Source: the human T2T-CHM13v2.0 reference genome, Homo sapiens | Assembly (NCBI RefSeq): GCF_009914755.1 | Contig: NC_060934.1 | DNA: 64,000 nucleotides | Reading direction: 5' to 3' (one strand) | Shown: positions 30,405-44,168 of the stretch, piece after piece | Numbering within the stretch: the stretch's first letter is position 1 | Layout of the letters: each line of letters opens with the position of its first letter | The notes under the pieces: generated by a model | The model's input: the letters and a program-made list of their open reading frames with translations, nothing else | What the model was told of the DNA's origin: nothing | The model's database searches: none | Position numbers and translations under genes: made by a program

Positions 30405-31195
30405 TACACCCTGTATACACACTGAGAGACGCACAGAAAAAGAGAGAACTCACAAAGGAAATACAGAAAAATATCTAGGATATTTTTACTAGGCTATATC
30501 TTTGCAGTTTAGTTATTTTAACATAAAAGTCCCTAATAATCTGAGATTAGCAAAGGTAGTATTTCAGGATACTGCTGATTTTTATAAACAAAAGCAAAAC
30601 TATAGCGTTTTATGTACAAATTTAAAATATTTTCAGGTTTCATTATGTCTCATGTTCTTTAAAACTATCTGCTTTTGAGCCTAAAGACGAATTACTTCTT
30701 TGTGGTTTAAAATTCAAACAATGCTATAAACCTAATTCTTTGATCAATAAAGCCAAACTTTAATAAGTCTGACCTGACTTAATAAAACAATAACTCACTG
30801 TGGTTGATTCTTACTTATTGTTCAAGATAAGTGGGGGATTTATAAGATATTTCCTTAACTAAAAAAAAAAAAAAAACTCTTATTAGAACCTTTCATTGTT
30901 CACAATTTCAAAATAATACTTTACACATTCATTCTTTAAAAGAATCTTAAATGAATGAATGAATGCCTAAAACATCTTGCATATAAAACACTGAAGCCTT
31001 AAAGCAAGAACAGCACTTAACCAGTAAAAGCTTGCAAAAAAAAATTCTAAATAAAGAAACATTTCACATGAGTGAACGAAACCAAGGCTTGGAGGGTGGC
31101 GGGGGGAGAAACAAACAAACCACCAAATTAGATCCCTCAAAAAATGCCACAAAAAGCTGAGGTAACTGAAGTTACACACAACCATCTCTCTCTAC

Positions 31196-31493
31196 TTTAT
31201 TTATTTATTTTTTTGAGACAGAGTCTCACTTTGTCACCCAGGCTGGAGTGCAGTGGCGCAATCTCCGCTCACTGCAAACTCCACCTCCCGGCTTCAAGCA
31301 ATTCTCTATCTCAGCCTCCCAAGTAGCTGGGATTATAGGCGCCTGCCACCATGCCTGGCTAATTTTTGTATTTTTAGTAGAGACGGGGTTTCACCATCTT
31401 GGCCAGGCTGGTCTTGAACTCCTGACCTCGTGATCCACCCGCCTTGGCCTCCCAAAGTGCTGGGATTACAGGTGTGAGCCACCATGCCCGGCC
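31196..31493 (-). mobile_element. Alu (S-type)
   Basis: Full dimer; TSD tctctctacttt. Confidence 0.95.
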
Positions 31494-34400
31494 TCTCTCT
31501 ACTTTAAATAGTGATTTTCTGAATGCCAAAATAATGACAATCAGTTTGTTTAGATTATAGAACCATTCCTAATATGAACATAGGGAGTACTTATCTAGGA
31601 AGAAAGGCTACAAGGAAATTCATCTTCTAACCCCAGAATCACCAGCCATTATTCAGTTTATCTTAAGGTCCTAAAGCTTGTTCACACTCCAGACATGAAA
31701 CACACTTTAGTTTTATTTTTAATCCCAAACAATGGTCGGAGAGCAAAGGCCAATAAACAGAGCTAATGGTTATGGTAAATGTTTTCAAGTTCTTTTATGC
31801 AAACAAATTAGAGGAAATGTAACTCTTAGGTCCTTTTTAAAAAATGCAAAGACTTTACATTTCCATTCATTTCTATCTGCTCTCAAAATGTGGAGACTAA
31901 AATGGAATGAGCAAAACAGCTCAATACTTGAAAAAAATTAGCAGCAAAGAAAATGCACGTGACATTCATTTTACGCTTTGGTCAACACACTTAGAAAAAT
32001 GCAGTTTCACATCTCAGCAACTTTATTTCTGTAAACCATTACTGTGATTTTAGTTTCTTCTTTACTGTAACCATTTAAAAGTGGTGCTTTTAAATTCAGA
32101 AAATCCCTGTCATTTGTAAGAACAATATTCTCGTTGTTCTTTATCATTTTATAAGTGGACAGCCTTCCCAACATGACAGTAAACTCCTTGAGGGCTGGAA
32201 CAGAATTTTATACTTTGTATACCCCCACTGCCCAGACACCACATTCCCCAGACATCAGGGATACAAAGACAAGGATATAGCGCCAAACTGGCATCCAATA
32301 AATGTCTGTGGTTTGTGGCGATGATCTTCATTTCATGTTCTTCAGAGACAAGCTACAGAAGACATCTGCAGGGCCAACTACCCGCTTTTATCAACTTTCT
32401 TGTTAATTAGTACCACATGTTTATTACTCAATGTCTGAATTCTCAAATTAAATCATTCTTGGATTATTTTTCTTCATTTCTGAATGTGTTATAAATGTTG
32501 AAATTAATCAGGTCATGATCACTTTAAAATGTGCTGTCTTGATCCATTTTTAGAACAAGAATGGTATTATGTGAAATCTTCGTAAAACTCTTGTTAATTA
32601 ACCACAAAAAAACTTAAGAAAGCAATGCTAATGCAAGGGGCCCATCAAAAACACCCCAGACTTATTCGGAATGAAAGGCCCTGTCTCACGCCTCACAGCC
32701 TGAAGTAGTCTGTGTTTGCTTCTCCAGAGAGGCGAGGAATCCAGAAACAAAGTCACGTCATGCTCCATACCCAAGCTCCATATCTTTCAGTAACTGCTAA
32801 AGCTCAACTGATGATTTGTATGGTGAGAAGAATTTGGGCCCAAACCAGATAGTAAATCATAGCCAAAGTCAACCGCTTAAGCAGAATTTACAGATACTTT
32901 TGAGATAGCCATGAACTACAAATTGCTTTGTCGCTATTTAAAAAACTTGTTGGTTAATAGTCCAAATTCAATGTGCATAATCAACTAAGATTTCTGATTC
33001 CATTCTCTTTGACTACTAGGTTGGAACATGCAATCCACTTCTACAAAGCAAACTTCTCTCTCTGAGGTGTTACACAAAAAGTTCTAAAGAGAATAAGCTT
33101 TGCTATGTTCTGCTCAGAGGAAGGAATGTTTTCTTTAAACCTCTTATAGCTACTCAGGTTTTGGTGTTTTGCTTTTATCTTTATTGGACCCTCCCACTCC
33201 CTTCTTTGTGCTACCAGTCCAAAGGAATGTACCATTACTTCAGAGCTTCTGCCCTGCTTTCGTTAGTTTACATTTACTTATAATGGAATCCATTTGTTAT
33301 CTGCTGATTTAAATCTCCCCAAATGACCTAATGCTCTTGGTTTTCGTTTTTATTTCATTACACTACACTTTTCATGTGTACTTTGAAGCAATGTTTAAAC
33401 AATGAAAAGGTGTAGGAGACACTATCATAAAAATATTAAAACGCTCTTCTTGTCATTCAATAAGCAAGGTAACCAGCAACCAAGTCGGTAGGGCAAAATT
33501 TTATCATCAACACATTGAAACTCTGGACAGTAACAGCAGTAAAACAATTGTTTTGTTCCAGGCCCATCTTGGGACTCTCTCCTGTGTCTCCTATCAGTTC
33601 TAACAGAGTTTGACACAGAAACTGAGTCCCTGTCTTCACAATGCTCAGCTTACATGATTTATTCACAAGTCCCTAAAGGTTGAGACTTTAAGTAAATTCC
33701 AGCTTTTGGGCATTTAAAACAAACCTTTACGAACTCTTCTTACATCCAGGGACTTTTTTTTTAAAGTCTTGAACCTATTATATAACAGTAACAGAAAACT
33801 ACAGAATCAGAAGGTCCTATATACAGCAGTATTGCACAGTCCTTTTAATTCAAACATTTCTGTGAAATATTTTTTTAAAATACCAATTATTCCTTGAGTG
33901 TATTTTGAAAAACAAAGTATTGTGACTAGAAACAAAACAGTACTATAAAGCACAGCTTTTTCCACTCTGCATACTCCCTTCTTCTTGAAAAATCACAATT
34001 TTAAAGCATTATTTGTTTTCAAAAATATTTTCAAGTACATAGTTATGAAATGGCTGTAGTTTCTACAAAGTCAAGACTATGCTCCAAAAGCAAACTCTAG
34101 TAACACCAGCAAATTCAAAACGTGAAAATGAACTAAATGGTACTTCCACTTTTTCTTGTCATCTTGAATGCAGTTTAAATGTTTTAAGAAAACATATTCC
34201 AAAACCCTAATTTTAAAAATGACAATATAACACAGTGGTTGATCAGCTTCGTTGCAAGAGAGCCTTTGGTTTATCAATGGATACGCAATAATGGATTCTT
34301 GAACAGGATGTTTTTTAAAAAGAGACATTAAAATACAGTTCAATTTACAATCACTGGACTGCATGAACTTTTAAAAACACGCATTATTTTAAATGATTAT

Positions 34401-35430
34401 GCAAATTTGGTAAGCGAGTTGAAATATACTTATTTACATTCAGTTAGTATATCATGGTATCTAATCCCCCCTCCTCCCCAATACTCTCTAACTTCAAAGT
34501 TTGCACAGGTCAAGGTCAGAAAATTAAGCAATGTCATTAACCTAGAAAAAAATTTTTTGGTTTAATTTGAGGGTTTGAGAAATTATATGTCATTACTTTA
34601 AAATGAAGATCAAAGCTCTCATACAAGCAATCATTTGCTCTGGATTTATAAGGTCAGTACAGATGGCAGGTGAGAAAAATGCCAATGAGGAAGTTCAAAC
34701 AGCTCTAGTATTATTACAGAGCTTTACAGAGCACGTTCATTACATTCTTTCTTAAGCAATCATCACACTTCACAACTTACTCTGGAAGAGACAGAAACTG
34801 TGTTCTTTACTAAGGGAACTTCGATCTAAATGTAAAATTAGAACTCAAAGTTCCTGACATCAAGGCTCAGATTCCTGTATTTAAACTTCTCTGCTGTTCG
34901 CTCAACAAAGAAATTATCTGTGCTGATGAAATTATCTGTGCAACTTACAATTAAATGACCCCCCCAAAAAAATGAAGATTAAAAAAAGAAATGAATTAAT
35001 TTGAAATTTCCCTGACACACTCAAATGCATCTTTGACTATATTACAAAATGAATAAGCACGGTATTTCAGTCTAGAGTATGTCCAAATACAAGCCTGTAA
35101 GGTCACACCTTTCTCAAAAGGCAGACACATGTGGAGAAACCAGACACTTGGCAGACAGACAGTTACATTGCAAAGAAAACAAAAGCAAAGAGTTATTTTA
35201 AACATACGGTACACAGTTGTGCAGTTTGCTAAAACAGATAAACAATCTTGTATAATACTACAGAATAGAATTTTGTTTAGTTTTGGATAGTTTTCAGTTA
35301 ACTATCTAGTTGAGGACATAATCTTTGGATGTAGTTGACCAATAAAACTACAAAATTTGACCCCAGTAAAATATACAAAATATTAAAATCTTAATTACTA
35401 CTGATAGTAAACCCTTTATGAGAACATAAA

Positions 35431-35617
35431 GCCTGTCAGAGAGTGGGGGGCAAGGGGAGGGAGAGCATTAGGGCAAATACCTAATGCATGCGGGGCTTAA
35501 AACCTAGTTGAAGGGTCGATAGGTGCAGCAAACCACGGTGGCGCATGTATAACTATGTAACCAATGTGCACATCTGCACATCCCGGAACTTAAAGTTAAA
35601 AAACAACAACAAAAAAA
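35431..35617 (+). mobile_element. 5'-truncated L1PA (PA7/8-like) 3' end
   Basis: ggagggagagcattagg...cctaatgcatgcggggcttaaaacctag; A-rich tail; TSD agaaca(t/c)aaag. Confidence 0.9.
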
Positions 35618-36164
35618 GAACACAAAGATCTGTGCTACAGTTCTAAGTTTAAATCTACTATAGAAGAGGAGAGGAGGAAAAGAGCCAATCTGTCATCTCA
35701 CCTATTTACAAGTGATGTTTCTTACCCACAACTAATATGTGTGTATACATAATAAGAATAAAACACAAATTGCAAGCCATGTACAAAGTTGGCATTTTAT
35801 TTATTAGTACCGCCAGCATTAAGAAAGTGGGTCCCTCCACTGACGGTATCTAGGGTAGTAACTGGTCACTCAAATATGGCCACACAGGACAGTAACTTGG
35901 CTGGGTCAGCACCTTCTGTAGTTTGACCTCACCTTTCAGGTCCACAGCCTGGATGCATCTATCTGTCATTCAGCAAAGAACTGTCTCTAGCCAATGCTAT
36001 GAGATGTCTAGTTAGTAATTTACATAGGTCCTTCCAGTGACAAGAATACTCTAATACACCTTCCCCATCCCAAATCCCTTCTAGTTCATTTTTTCTCATT
36101 TAAAAATTAAAAAGTTGCTTGTGCACACATAATAGCTGTAATGTGCATATATTAGTTGCAGATG

Positions 36165-36460
36165 CATCACAATAGTTGTACATACCCATAAAGGGGGATA
36201 TGTCATATTTTGATACACACATACAATGTGTAATGAATGATAAAGTCAGGGTAATCGGGACACCAGCACCTCAAACACTTATTTCTCTGTGTTAGGAACA
36301 TTCCAATTCCACTCTTCCAGTTAATTTGAAATGTACAATAAATTACTGTTAACTATAGTTGCCCTATTGTGCTACCAAATACTAGATCTTATTCCTTTTA
36401 TCTAACTGTATTTTTATTTCCATCCCTCTTCATCTTCCCTCCCCACCACCCTGCCCAAAT
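36165..36460 (-). mobile_element. L1MA-like 3' end
   Basis: aatagttgtacat...catacaatgtgtaatga...ctagatcttattcct motif. Confidence 0.8.
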
Positions 36461-36687
36461 CCCTCCTATCTCTCTAATCAGTCATTGGCCTCATGAATAT
36501 TTATTTACAGAGAAGAGCAAGAGGGTCATCATGAAGATGAAATAAGATGATACATGATAACCCTTTAGCAAAATGCTCTGACCAATACATATTAATCACA
36601 GCAATCACTGCTACCACTGCCGTATCACTAAAATAGAATTCATGGCAGAACTGGAGTGACAATCCTCCCCACCAAGTTCTCCCAGGC

Positions 36688-36962
36688 TAGTGTTTGTCAA
36701 ATTGTGAGTGGTCTTGGGCATGAAATTCATGTAATGGGTTGTGACCAGCATTTCTTTAAAAAATTAAAAACCAGAACAGATTCAAAACTACCAGAGTGTA
36801 CCACACGAGTGAGGGTGAGTACTATTTAGCACATTTTTGTTTCAGCTGTGTAAGTGTGCACGCATGCACGCGTGTGCACAGATACATGAAAGTGAGTATT
36901 ATATGTCAACATAAAATGCATGTCTTACAGGGGACTACAGTTGAGAGTTTGGAAAACACTAT
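36688..36962. mobile_element. hAT-Charlie MITE (Charlie4z-like); related copies near 38344-38500 and 51750-51990
   Basis: agtgtttgtcaaa ... tttggaaaacact inverted ends with a shared internal sequence. Confidence 0.5.
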
Positions 36963-38690
36963 TCTACGCATGACCTCACCTAAAACTGCAACTTCTGTCT
37001 TCTGATCACAACAGTGAGGAAGAGAGAAGGTGCATGAAAGGGCAGTGTGGTGAAATTGAGCACAGTTATGGAAAACAGGTGGGTACACACTAACTTGGGT
37101 CTTCTGGAATCATACATCTTACATTTGTGTAATGTAATGCATTCTAGCTTTTAAGTAGTTTGATTCTCACAAAGGAATCTTAAAGATTCAGAGGTCATAA
37201 AACATATTAGGATCTTAACTTATGTAGTCTGAATTTCCCACTTCACATACAGTGAAACTGAGGCTGAGAAGTTGTGTTCTGCCTAGTCACAAAGCTAATG
37301 ACTGGCGGGACTAGAAAACTTGCCTTTAGATTTCTAGTTTAAACACTAAAATATTCAGCGTTCATGCTCCAGTTACCTGGTATTATACAGCAATGGTCAA
37401 GTATTAGGTATAAATAATGTTAATGTGAATAGAACAATTTTGGAAGCTGTAAATGAATAATCAGAAAACGTCATGAGCAATATCTAAAATTCAACTGGCT
37501 ATTAACTCCAATATCCCTAAGATTTGAGCGATTCTAAGAACATGACAGAATGCAGGATTCCATCAAGTTCGAATCTCTTTAGAGTTAAAAAGGAATCAAG
37601 GACAGACCGTAAGAGCTAAGGAGATACACATGCAGTCAAGATAGAAACCTCTTGGCTTCAAGAGATGCCAACTTCATGGAGCAGACCAAATAGTGATGCA
37701 GGGGGACACCTGGTCATGTACAAATACAAGTGATTTTTTGTATATTAACTTTCATATCCTGCAACCTTGCTAAAATTCACTTATTAGTTCCAGTAGTTGG
37801 ATAGTGCACTCTTGAAGATTTTCTATGTAAACAATAATCTGTGATTCCACAGGAAATACTATGTAAATAACTGATTTAGACTTGTGATTTCAAACTAAGT
37901 AGAAATTTACGTTTATTGTGTCTATAAATGTAATTCATTATGTTTATAAGAATACTTTGTCAGATAATTAAGAGGGAAACTGAATACATTAAGTTTGTAA
38001 AATAAGCTTAAAATGTTTAAAGAAATTTAATCAGGATTTCATAAACGCAAACATTATTCAAAATCTCCTTAAAAATAATTGCTAAAATTTGCAAGACTTA
38101 TACATTGAAAATAAGATCTGTAATTTGCATTTAAACCTTTAAAGAAGAAACAGATGTTACTTTAATAGATTGTTACTTTAATGAGCTGAATGCTAATTTC
38201 TAAAATTAAAGGAAACCTTGGAATCATCTTTCCTGCAAAGGAAAATCATGCTCATGGGCACTGAAAACCTCACGTTTAACAGCTAATAACTGCACACCCA
38301 CAAATTGGGAAACCTAACACACAGCTTTAAAAGTTGAGACAACCAGTGTCTTTCCATTGTAGGCTGTGATCTTTTAGTGGGGTATGAAATCATCTTACTG
38401 GGTCAAGACAGTCATTTTCTTTGAAACAGAATAACAAAAAAACAATGGAGTGCATCGTATTTAATGCCCTAAGGATCACATGAATCTGAAAGTATCTTTC
38501 TCTAAAGAACTGTATTCTATTTATTCTCCATAATGTATTGATACAAACGAGGCACTTCATGCTCCTTTATGTTCATTGGGGGTTGGCAGCATTAGAACCG
38601 TTTGGTAAATGAAAAGGATCGTCATTCAGGACATTACCGTTCTTACACCTAAATGGCGCCAAGAAACAAAAACCTCCAGATGTGGCCAGC

Positions 38691-39028
38691 TTTTTTTTTT
38701 TTTTTTTTTTTTTTTTGAGACATTGTCCTGCTCTGTCGCCCAGGCTGGAGTTGATCTCTCTCTCTGGGCTTCCTCTGCAGTGGCGTGACATCGGCTCACT
38801 GCAGCCTCCAGCTCCTGGGTTCAAGCGACTCTCCTGCCTCAGCCTCCTAAGCAGCTGGGATTACAGACGCACACCACCACGCCCGGCTAATTTTTGTATT
38901 TTTTAGTAGAGACGGGGTTTCATCACGTTGGGCAGGCTGGTCTTGAACTCCTGACCTCAAGTGATCCGCCTGCCTCTGCCTCCCAAAGTTCTGGGATTAC
39001 AGGTTCACGTGAGCCACTGCACCCAGCC
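38691..39028 (-). mobile_element. Alu (S-type) carrying a 25-nt internal insertion
   Basis: T26 tail; TSD tggccagcttt; extra sequence at 38751-38775. Confidence 0.93.
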
Positions 39029-39059
39029 ATGGCCAGCTTTTGCTAAAAAACGTGGATGT

Positions 39060-41105
39060 TGTCTTGGCTGCCTCAGTCTTCTTCAATGACTTTCACTTTA
39101 ATCCTACATTAGCTTCCCAATACCATGGCCACATCTTGTCATACCTCTGAAATAGTAAAATCAGACACTCGCTCTCAACACCATTTCCTATCCTTCCAGC
39201 TTGTTCACATACCCCACTACTCTAGTTCTCATAGAGACCTCCAATTCTTTGACCTTTCTATGTCATCTTGGTACATTTATCCTCTCTTCAGTTCCTTCCT
39301 AACTGAATTCAGAACAATTTCTTTGTCATAAGTCTTCAATTCTTGCTCTTTCCCTGCAATGGCCTGGTAAGTTCCCAACCCTGGAAAAGCCGGGCTGCTG
39401 AAGAAGCATCACATCTACATAGATTTCATCACCACTAGTCTTAACCAGGCCTGGCCATCAGCTCCATCTCTCATTCTTCTCAGCAGCTACTTAACACACC
39501 TGCTCAAATCTCTTACCTCTCTCCTCACCAGCACCTGCTTCAATGGAAAGAGAAAAGGCATCAAGTGAGAAAGTGCTCAACCTACTGTTGCCACACCCGT
39601 TTTATCTTCACTCCCACTGAGCATTTCCTCATCCTCTCCTAAGACAGGAAGGGTCTTTCTCTCTAAAACTAATCTTCCTATCTGTGTTCTTGATCTTTCT
39701 CATGCTACATTCCTTCTCACAGACCCTGATGTGTTTTCATCTTTCTTGTAGAAGAAAGATCTTTACTCTTTCCTTTCCCTGACCTCCCTCAGCTTCTGAA
39801 AATGCTCAAACCTCTCATCCCCTTCCTCCATCAGACTTACCACTCTAGCCAGTGTCTTCAAAATCAAGTTTCATTATGGTGGCTTTCTTAACTTTCACTC
39901 TATTTTTAAGCCATGATTCTAGTCCCACTAAAACTAAAACAAGGTCTTCACCAAGATTGTCAAATGATGTTTCTCAGGTCCTCTCAGCAGAATCTGACAC
40001 TGTCACTGCTTCCTGCTTCTGGAAAATGCTTCCTGTGGCTTTCTTGATTCCACACTCTGGGCTTCCTCTTCCCTCTCTGGCCTCCAATGGAATTCTTCAT
40101 CTGCTCAGTCATTATATGCTGGGCCCTTGGGGCTGTCCTCTGCTCTTCACTCCAGAAGGCAATCTCACTCACTCTTAGGGCTGCCACTCATGGACCATGT
40201 CTCCCAAATTAGTGGCTCCTTCCAAGATTTCATCAGAGTTTCAGACCTACATGTCCAATTGCCTCCTTGACATCTCTACCAGATGTCTCACAAACACCTT
40301 TACTTCCACATGTCCAGAACTGAACTCATCATTCTTCTCTGCAAAACCTGCTCCACCTCCTGTTTCTCATTTCAGAAAAGAAGTCAGCATTAACTCAGTT
40401 TCTGTCAGAACCTACATAACTCTCTTCACAAACTCTTTCCCTCCCCACCACCAAACACAATTAATCACCCAATTCTGTGGGTTCTATCTCTTGACTGTCT
40501 TTTGCATCCATCCATTTCCTCTCCATTGCCCACTGCCATCACCCTAGTCTGTCAGACCATCATCATCTTTTGCTCAGATTACTGCATGCAAACCCTTCTT
40601 AACTCTGCTCTTAACCAATTCCCACTCTTTCTCCACAACGTGGAGTCAAAGAACACATCTGCCAAAGCGCACTAGTGCTTAAGATCTCTTATGGCCTTCC
40701 ATTACCTTCAGGATAAAAATCTCAACTCCTTATCATGATTTACAAACCCTTTACTAGCCAGCTGCATCTGGCCTGCTCTAAAGTCCAGCTGCACTCTTTG
40801 CCAACCAGGCCTTCTGAATATGTTGTTCTCTACCTGGAGCACTTAGTGCTTCTGTTCCATCCCCTGTTGAAATCTTCACTTAGGCCACTTCATCCAAGCA
40901 GATTTCCCTGACCTCCTACACCCCGTCAAATTCTGGAATGAGGACCCTCCTATGGGGACTCACTGCCTCTTCTTTCTCCCACATGCTACTTATCACACTT
41001 ATCTGAGTGTGCTTGATAACTGTCTGTCATCACTAGGTTCCCTGAGGACTGGCACCTCCCATTAGCATAATACCTGGCTCAGTAAATACATGCTGAGTGA
41101 ATGCA
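39060..41105 (+). mobile_element. Long decayed L2
   Basis: Pyrimidine-rich L2 body (tccaattgcctccttgacatctc, catgtccagaactgaactc) ending tcagtaaatacatgctgagtgaatg. Confidence 0.75.
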
Positions 41106-41319
41106 TTTATGAATTCTTTAAATTTATGTTTCTATTTTTGGTTGGCTCCTCTATTTCAAATTAAGCTAGCTTTTTGTTTGTTTGTTTTTAGAGTCCAATA
41201 CCTTCCCATGTTTTGGGTCCTTACTCTTCTTGGCCCCATGCAACTGACATGATCAAATGACATGAGGCAACATGCTACCTCAGTCTGTACTTTTTTTTTC
41301 TGTATTAGATACCTCTTGG

Positions 41320-41792
41320 GCACTGCCTTTCATCCCCTTAGCCTCACTTCTGACTCATGCCGCAACTATGGTGCCGTCCTGTAAAGGAAGGTAGGCAGGC
41401 AGGCAAGGTCTGTCTCTCTTGCTTCCTACCTTTCTGATGCAGCAGCCTGGTACACATGTAGGAGCCTGCTCTGTATTTGTCACGTACACACTCAAGGGCA
41501 GAAGCATTAACACTCAGTGCGATACCATCAACCAGTGGAAAATGGAAGCCAGCAGATAAGTCCTTCTTCCTTTGGCCCCTCAGATGTACACCAGGTGTCT
41601 CAAAAGGACTGAGCTCCAGTCCTTAGAGTGATGGATCACACAATAACACATCCTTCTACTGACTTTTCCTCCTTCCCTGGTTTATTCTCCCTAGACCCTA
41701 CTCCTGTTCCAAGGGACCATTTCCCAAATAAATAACCTGAATGGAAGGCCGTGTTGCAAGTTCTGCTTTTGGAGAGAAACTAAGCTAGGACA
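41320..41792 (+). mobile_element. ERVL LTR (LTR16-like)
   Basis: ggaccatttcccaaataaa...ttctgcttttggagagaaactaagctaggaca 3' end. Confidence 0.65.
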
Positions 41793-42734
41793 GTCTCCTT
41801 AACATGAGAAGTGCTCAGAACTTTACTATGGTTTTCCTTTTCTGACAGGGGTTAGTAAAGCAGAAACTTTAATTCTTTCCCTATTGTCAACATGCCCTTC
41901 TTATTTTCAGACAGATTTTATATTATCAGTGAAAGATGCACAGAAGCATGAACAAGCCATTTCTTTGAATGATATCTATTTCAAACGAATGCCAGCTAGG
42001 AAAATACGTTTCTTACAAGAAGAAGAATCTTATCCCAGGTTCCATATTTATATTAAAAACATTTTGCTAGCATGACATAAAAGAACACTATAAAATAAAC
42101 ACAACTTCACATACCTTCAGGTTATAGCTTATTTTTCTGCAAAGAGACCAAGTATTAACATCCACAAAAAAGAATCTAAATAGTTTAAAAATACCTTGCA
42201 GGAAAAAAAAATGCAGAGACTCCATTCTTCTATGAAGTTGGGTGTGAATGATTTAAATCTTGGACTGTTATGTCTGTCTGCGAGTCAGCTGTTCCAATTA
42301 CTAGTAGACATTGTATTGAATATCAAATTATGTGGTTTCCAAAATACAGCATCAAGTATCCTTTAAGAATTTTTCTCAGTTAAGCTAATGATTCAACGTT
42401 GTGTTTCTATAAAGCCACAGTTAAACAAAAAATATTTACAGATAATTCACAAGGCACGAAAATGTTCAATCAAATGTGGAAATTTTAAAGCTGATGAACA
42501 GCTTGATGATATCCTAGGATACCCATCTTTTGCCCCCTTCTATATGTATTTAATGTATAATCATTCATTAACTGTCAGAGATGACTGAATTTATTGGCTA
42601 AGCAAAGTTTTTAATTTTCTACATTTATTGCTGCCTTCTAACATCACACACATTTTTTAAATTTCAAATTTGCTTATAAACAGGATGCAGGAAGACCATT
42701 AATGTTTACAGAATTTTAATGCTTTTTCAGTAGT

Positions 42735-43168
42735 TGTGATGGTTAATACTGAGTGTCAACTTGATTGGATTGAAGGATGCAAAGTACCAATCCTCGGTGT
42801 GTCTGTGAGGGTGCTGCCAAAAGAGATGAACATTTGAGTCAGTGGGCCAGGAAAGGCAGACCCACTTCAACTGGGTCGGCACAATCTAATCAGCTGCCAG
42901 TGCAGCTAGAATATAAGCAGGCAGAAAATGTGACAAGAGAGACTGGCCTAGCCTCCCATTCTACATCTTCCTCCCGTACTGGATGCTTCCTGCCCTCGAA
43001 CATCGGACTCTCAGTTCTTCAGTTTCGGAATTTGGACTGGCTCTCCTTGCTCCTCAGCCTGCAGACGGCCTACTGTGGGACCCTGTGATAGTGTGAGTTA
43101 ATACTTAATAAACTCCCCGTTATATAATCTATTCCATTAGTTTTGTCCCTCTAGGGAACCCTAATACA
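42735..43168 (+). mobile_element. MLT2A-type (HERV-L) solo LTR
   Basis: tgtgatggttaatactgagtgtcaacttgattggattgaagg start, ...gaaccctaataca end, perfect 5-bp TSD gtagt. Confidence 0.92.
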
Positions 43169-43997
43169 GTAGTAAAAAGTTTTTTACAATTTCTTTCTTT
43201 CTTTTTACACTCCTCTCAGCTCATACCTATGTTTTTTACTTTCATCAAAATAAAATATCCTTGTGAGGTAGTTACATGCTTTCTTGAAATTTTAAAAGTA
43301 CAGTATCTGTTCCTAGATCAGCATATTATAAGAACTCTATTATCACTAGTCAATAGTGGTAATCTTATTTTTTAGATAAAATATCTAAACTCAATACCCT
43401 CAAACTCTGAAACATAAAAGCACACTCCATCTATATTATGTTTAATGCTTAGAATTAAGATGTCATAAAGCTCCTTAAAATAGAAACAACAAGTCACCTA
43501 AACACTCCATAGCTTTGCTAGGTATTATAGTGTACAGGCTGAACCATGGTTCTGCTATATTAAGATTCTCACTTTTATACACTTCGACAGCTCAAAAACC
43601 CACATGCATCTTCCAACCGATGGAGTCATAGTCTAACTGACAGCACTTTTTTTTTTAATGGTACGTAAAATAAAAAACTGAAAATTGATGATATCTTATT
43701 TTCAATAAAACTCTGTAGTTCAACCAGCACTTAAATAGCTGGTATGGGCTTTATTTTTATTTTTTAATTGGCATTTTGGACAACTCCCTTAAAATATTTT
43801 TTAAAATGTCACTTTTCCATACAAACAAATGAAGCAGCACTCTAAGATGCCACAAAGCAAGTGTAACTAACATTTATAGACATGCTCTAAAGCATCACGA
43901 TATTTTTGAGCTTACTAAAATGATTTCTATAATTTACTACAGAATTAAATGAAATAAATGAGCAACTATAAAAGGAACTGCTTGTTTGGGGGAAAAA

Positions 43998-44168
43998 TTT
44001 TTTTTTTTCGGTTTTGAGACAGGGTCTTGCTCTCTTTCCCAGGCTGAGGTGCAGTGGTGCGATCACAGCTCACTGTAAACTCCAACTCCTGGGCTCAAGC
44101 AATTCTCCCACCCTGGCCTCCGGCCTCCCAAAGTGCTGGGATCACAGGTGTGAGCCACCTTGCCTGGC
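43998..44168 (-). mobile_element. Monomer-length Alu (FRAM/FLAM-like or internally deleted AluJ)
   Basis: ~170-bp Alu-derived sequence. Confidence 0.85.
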
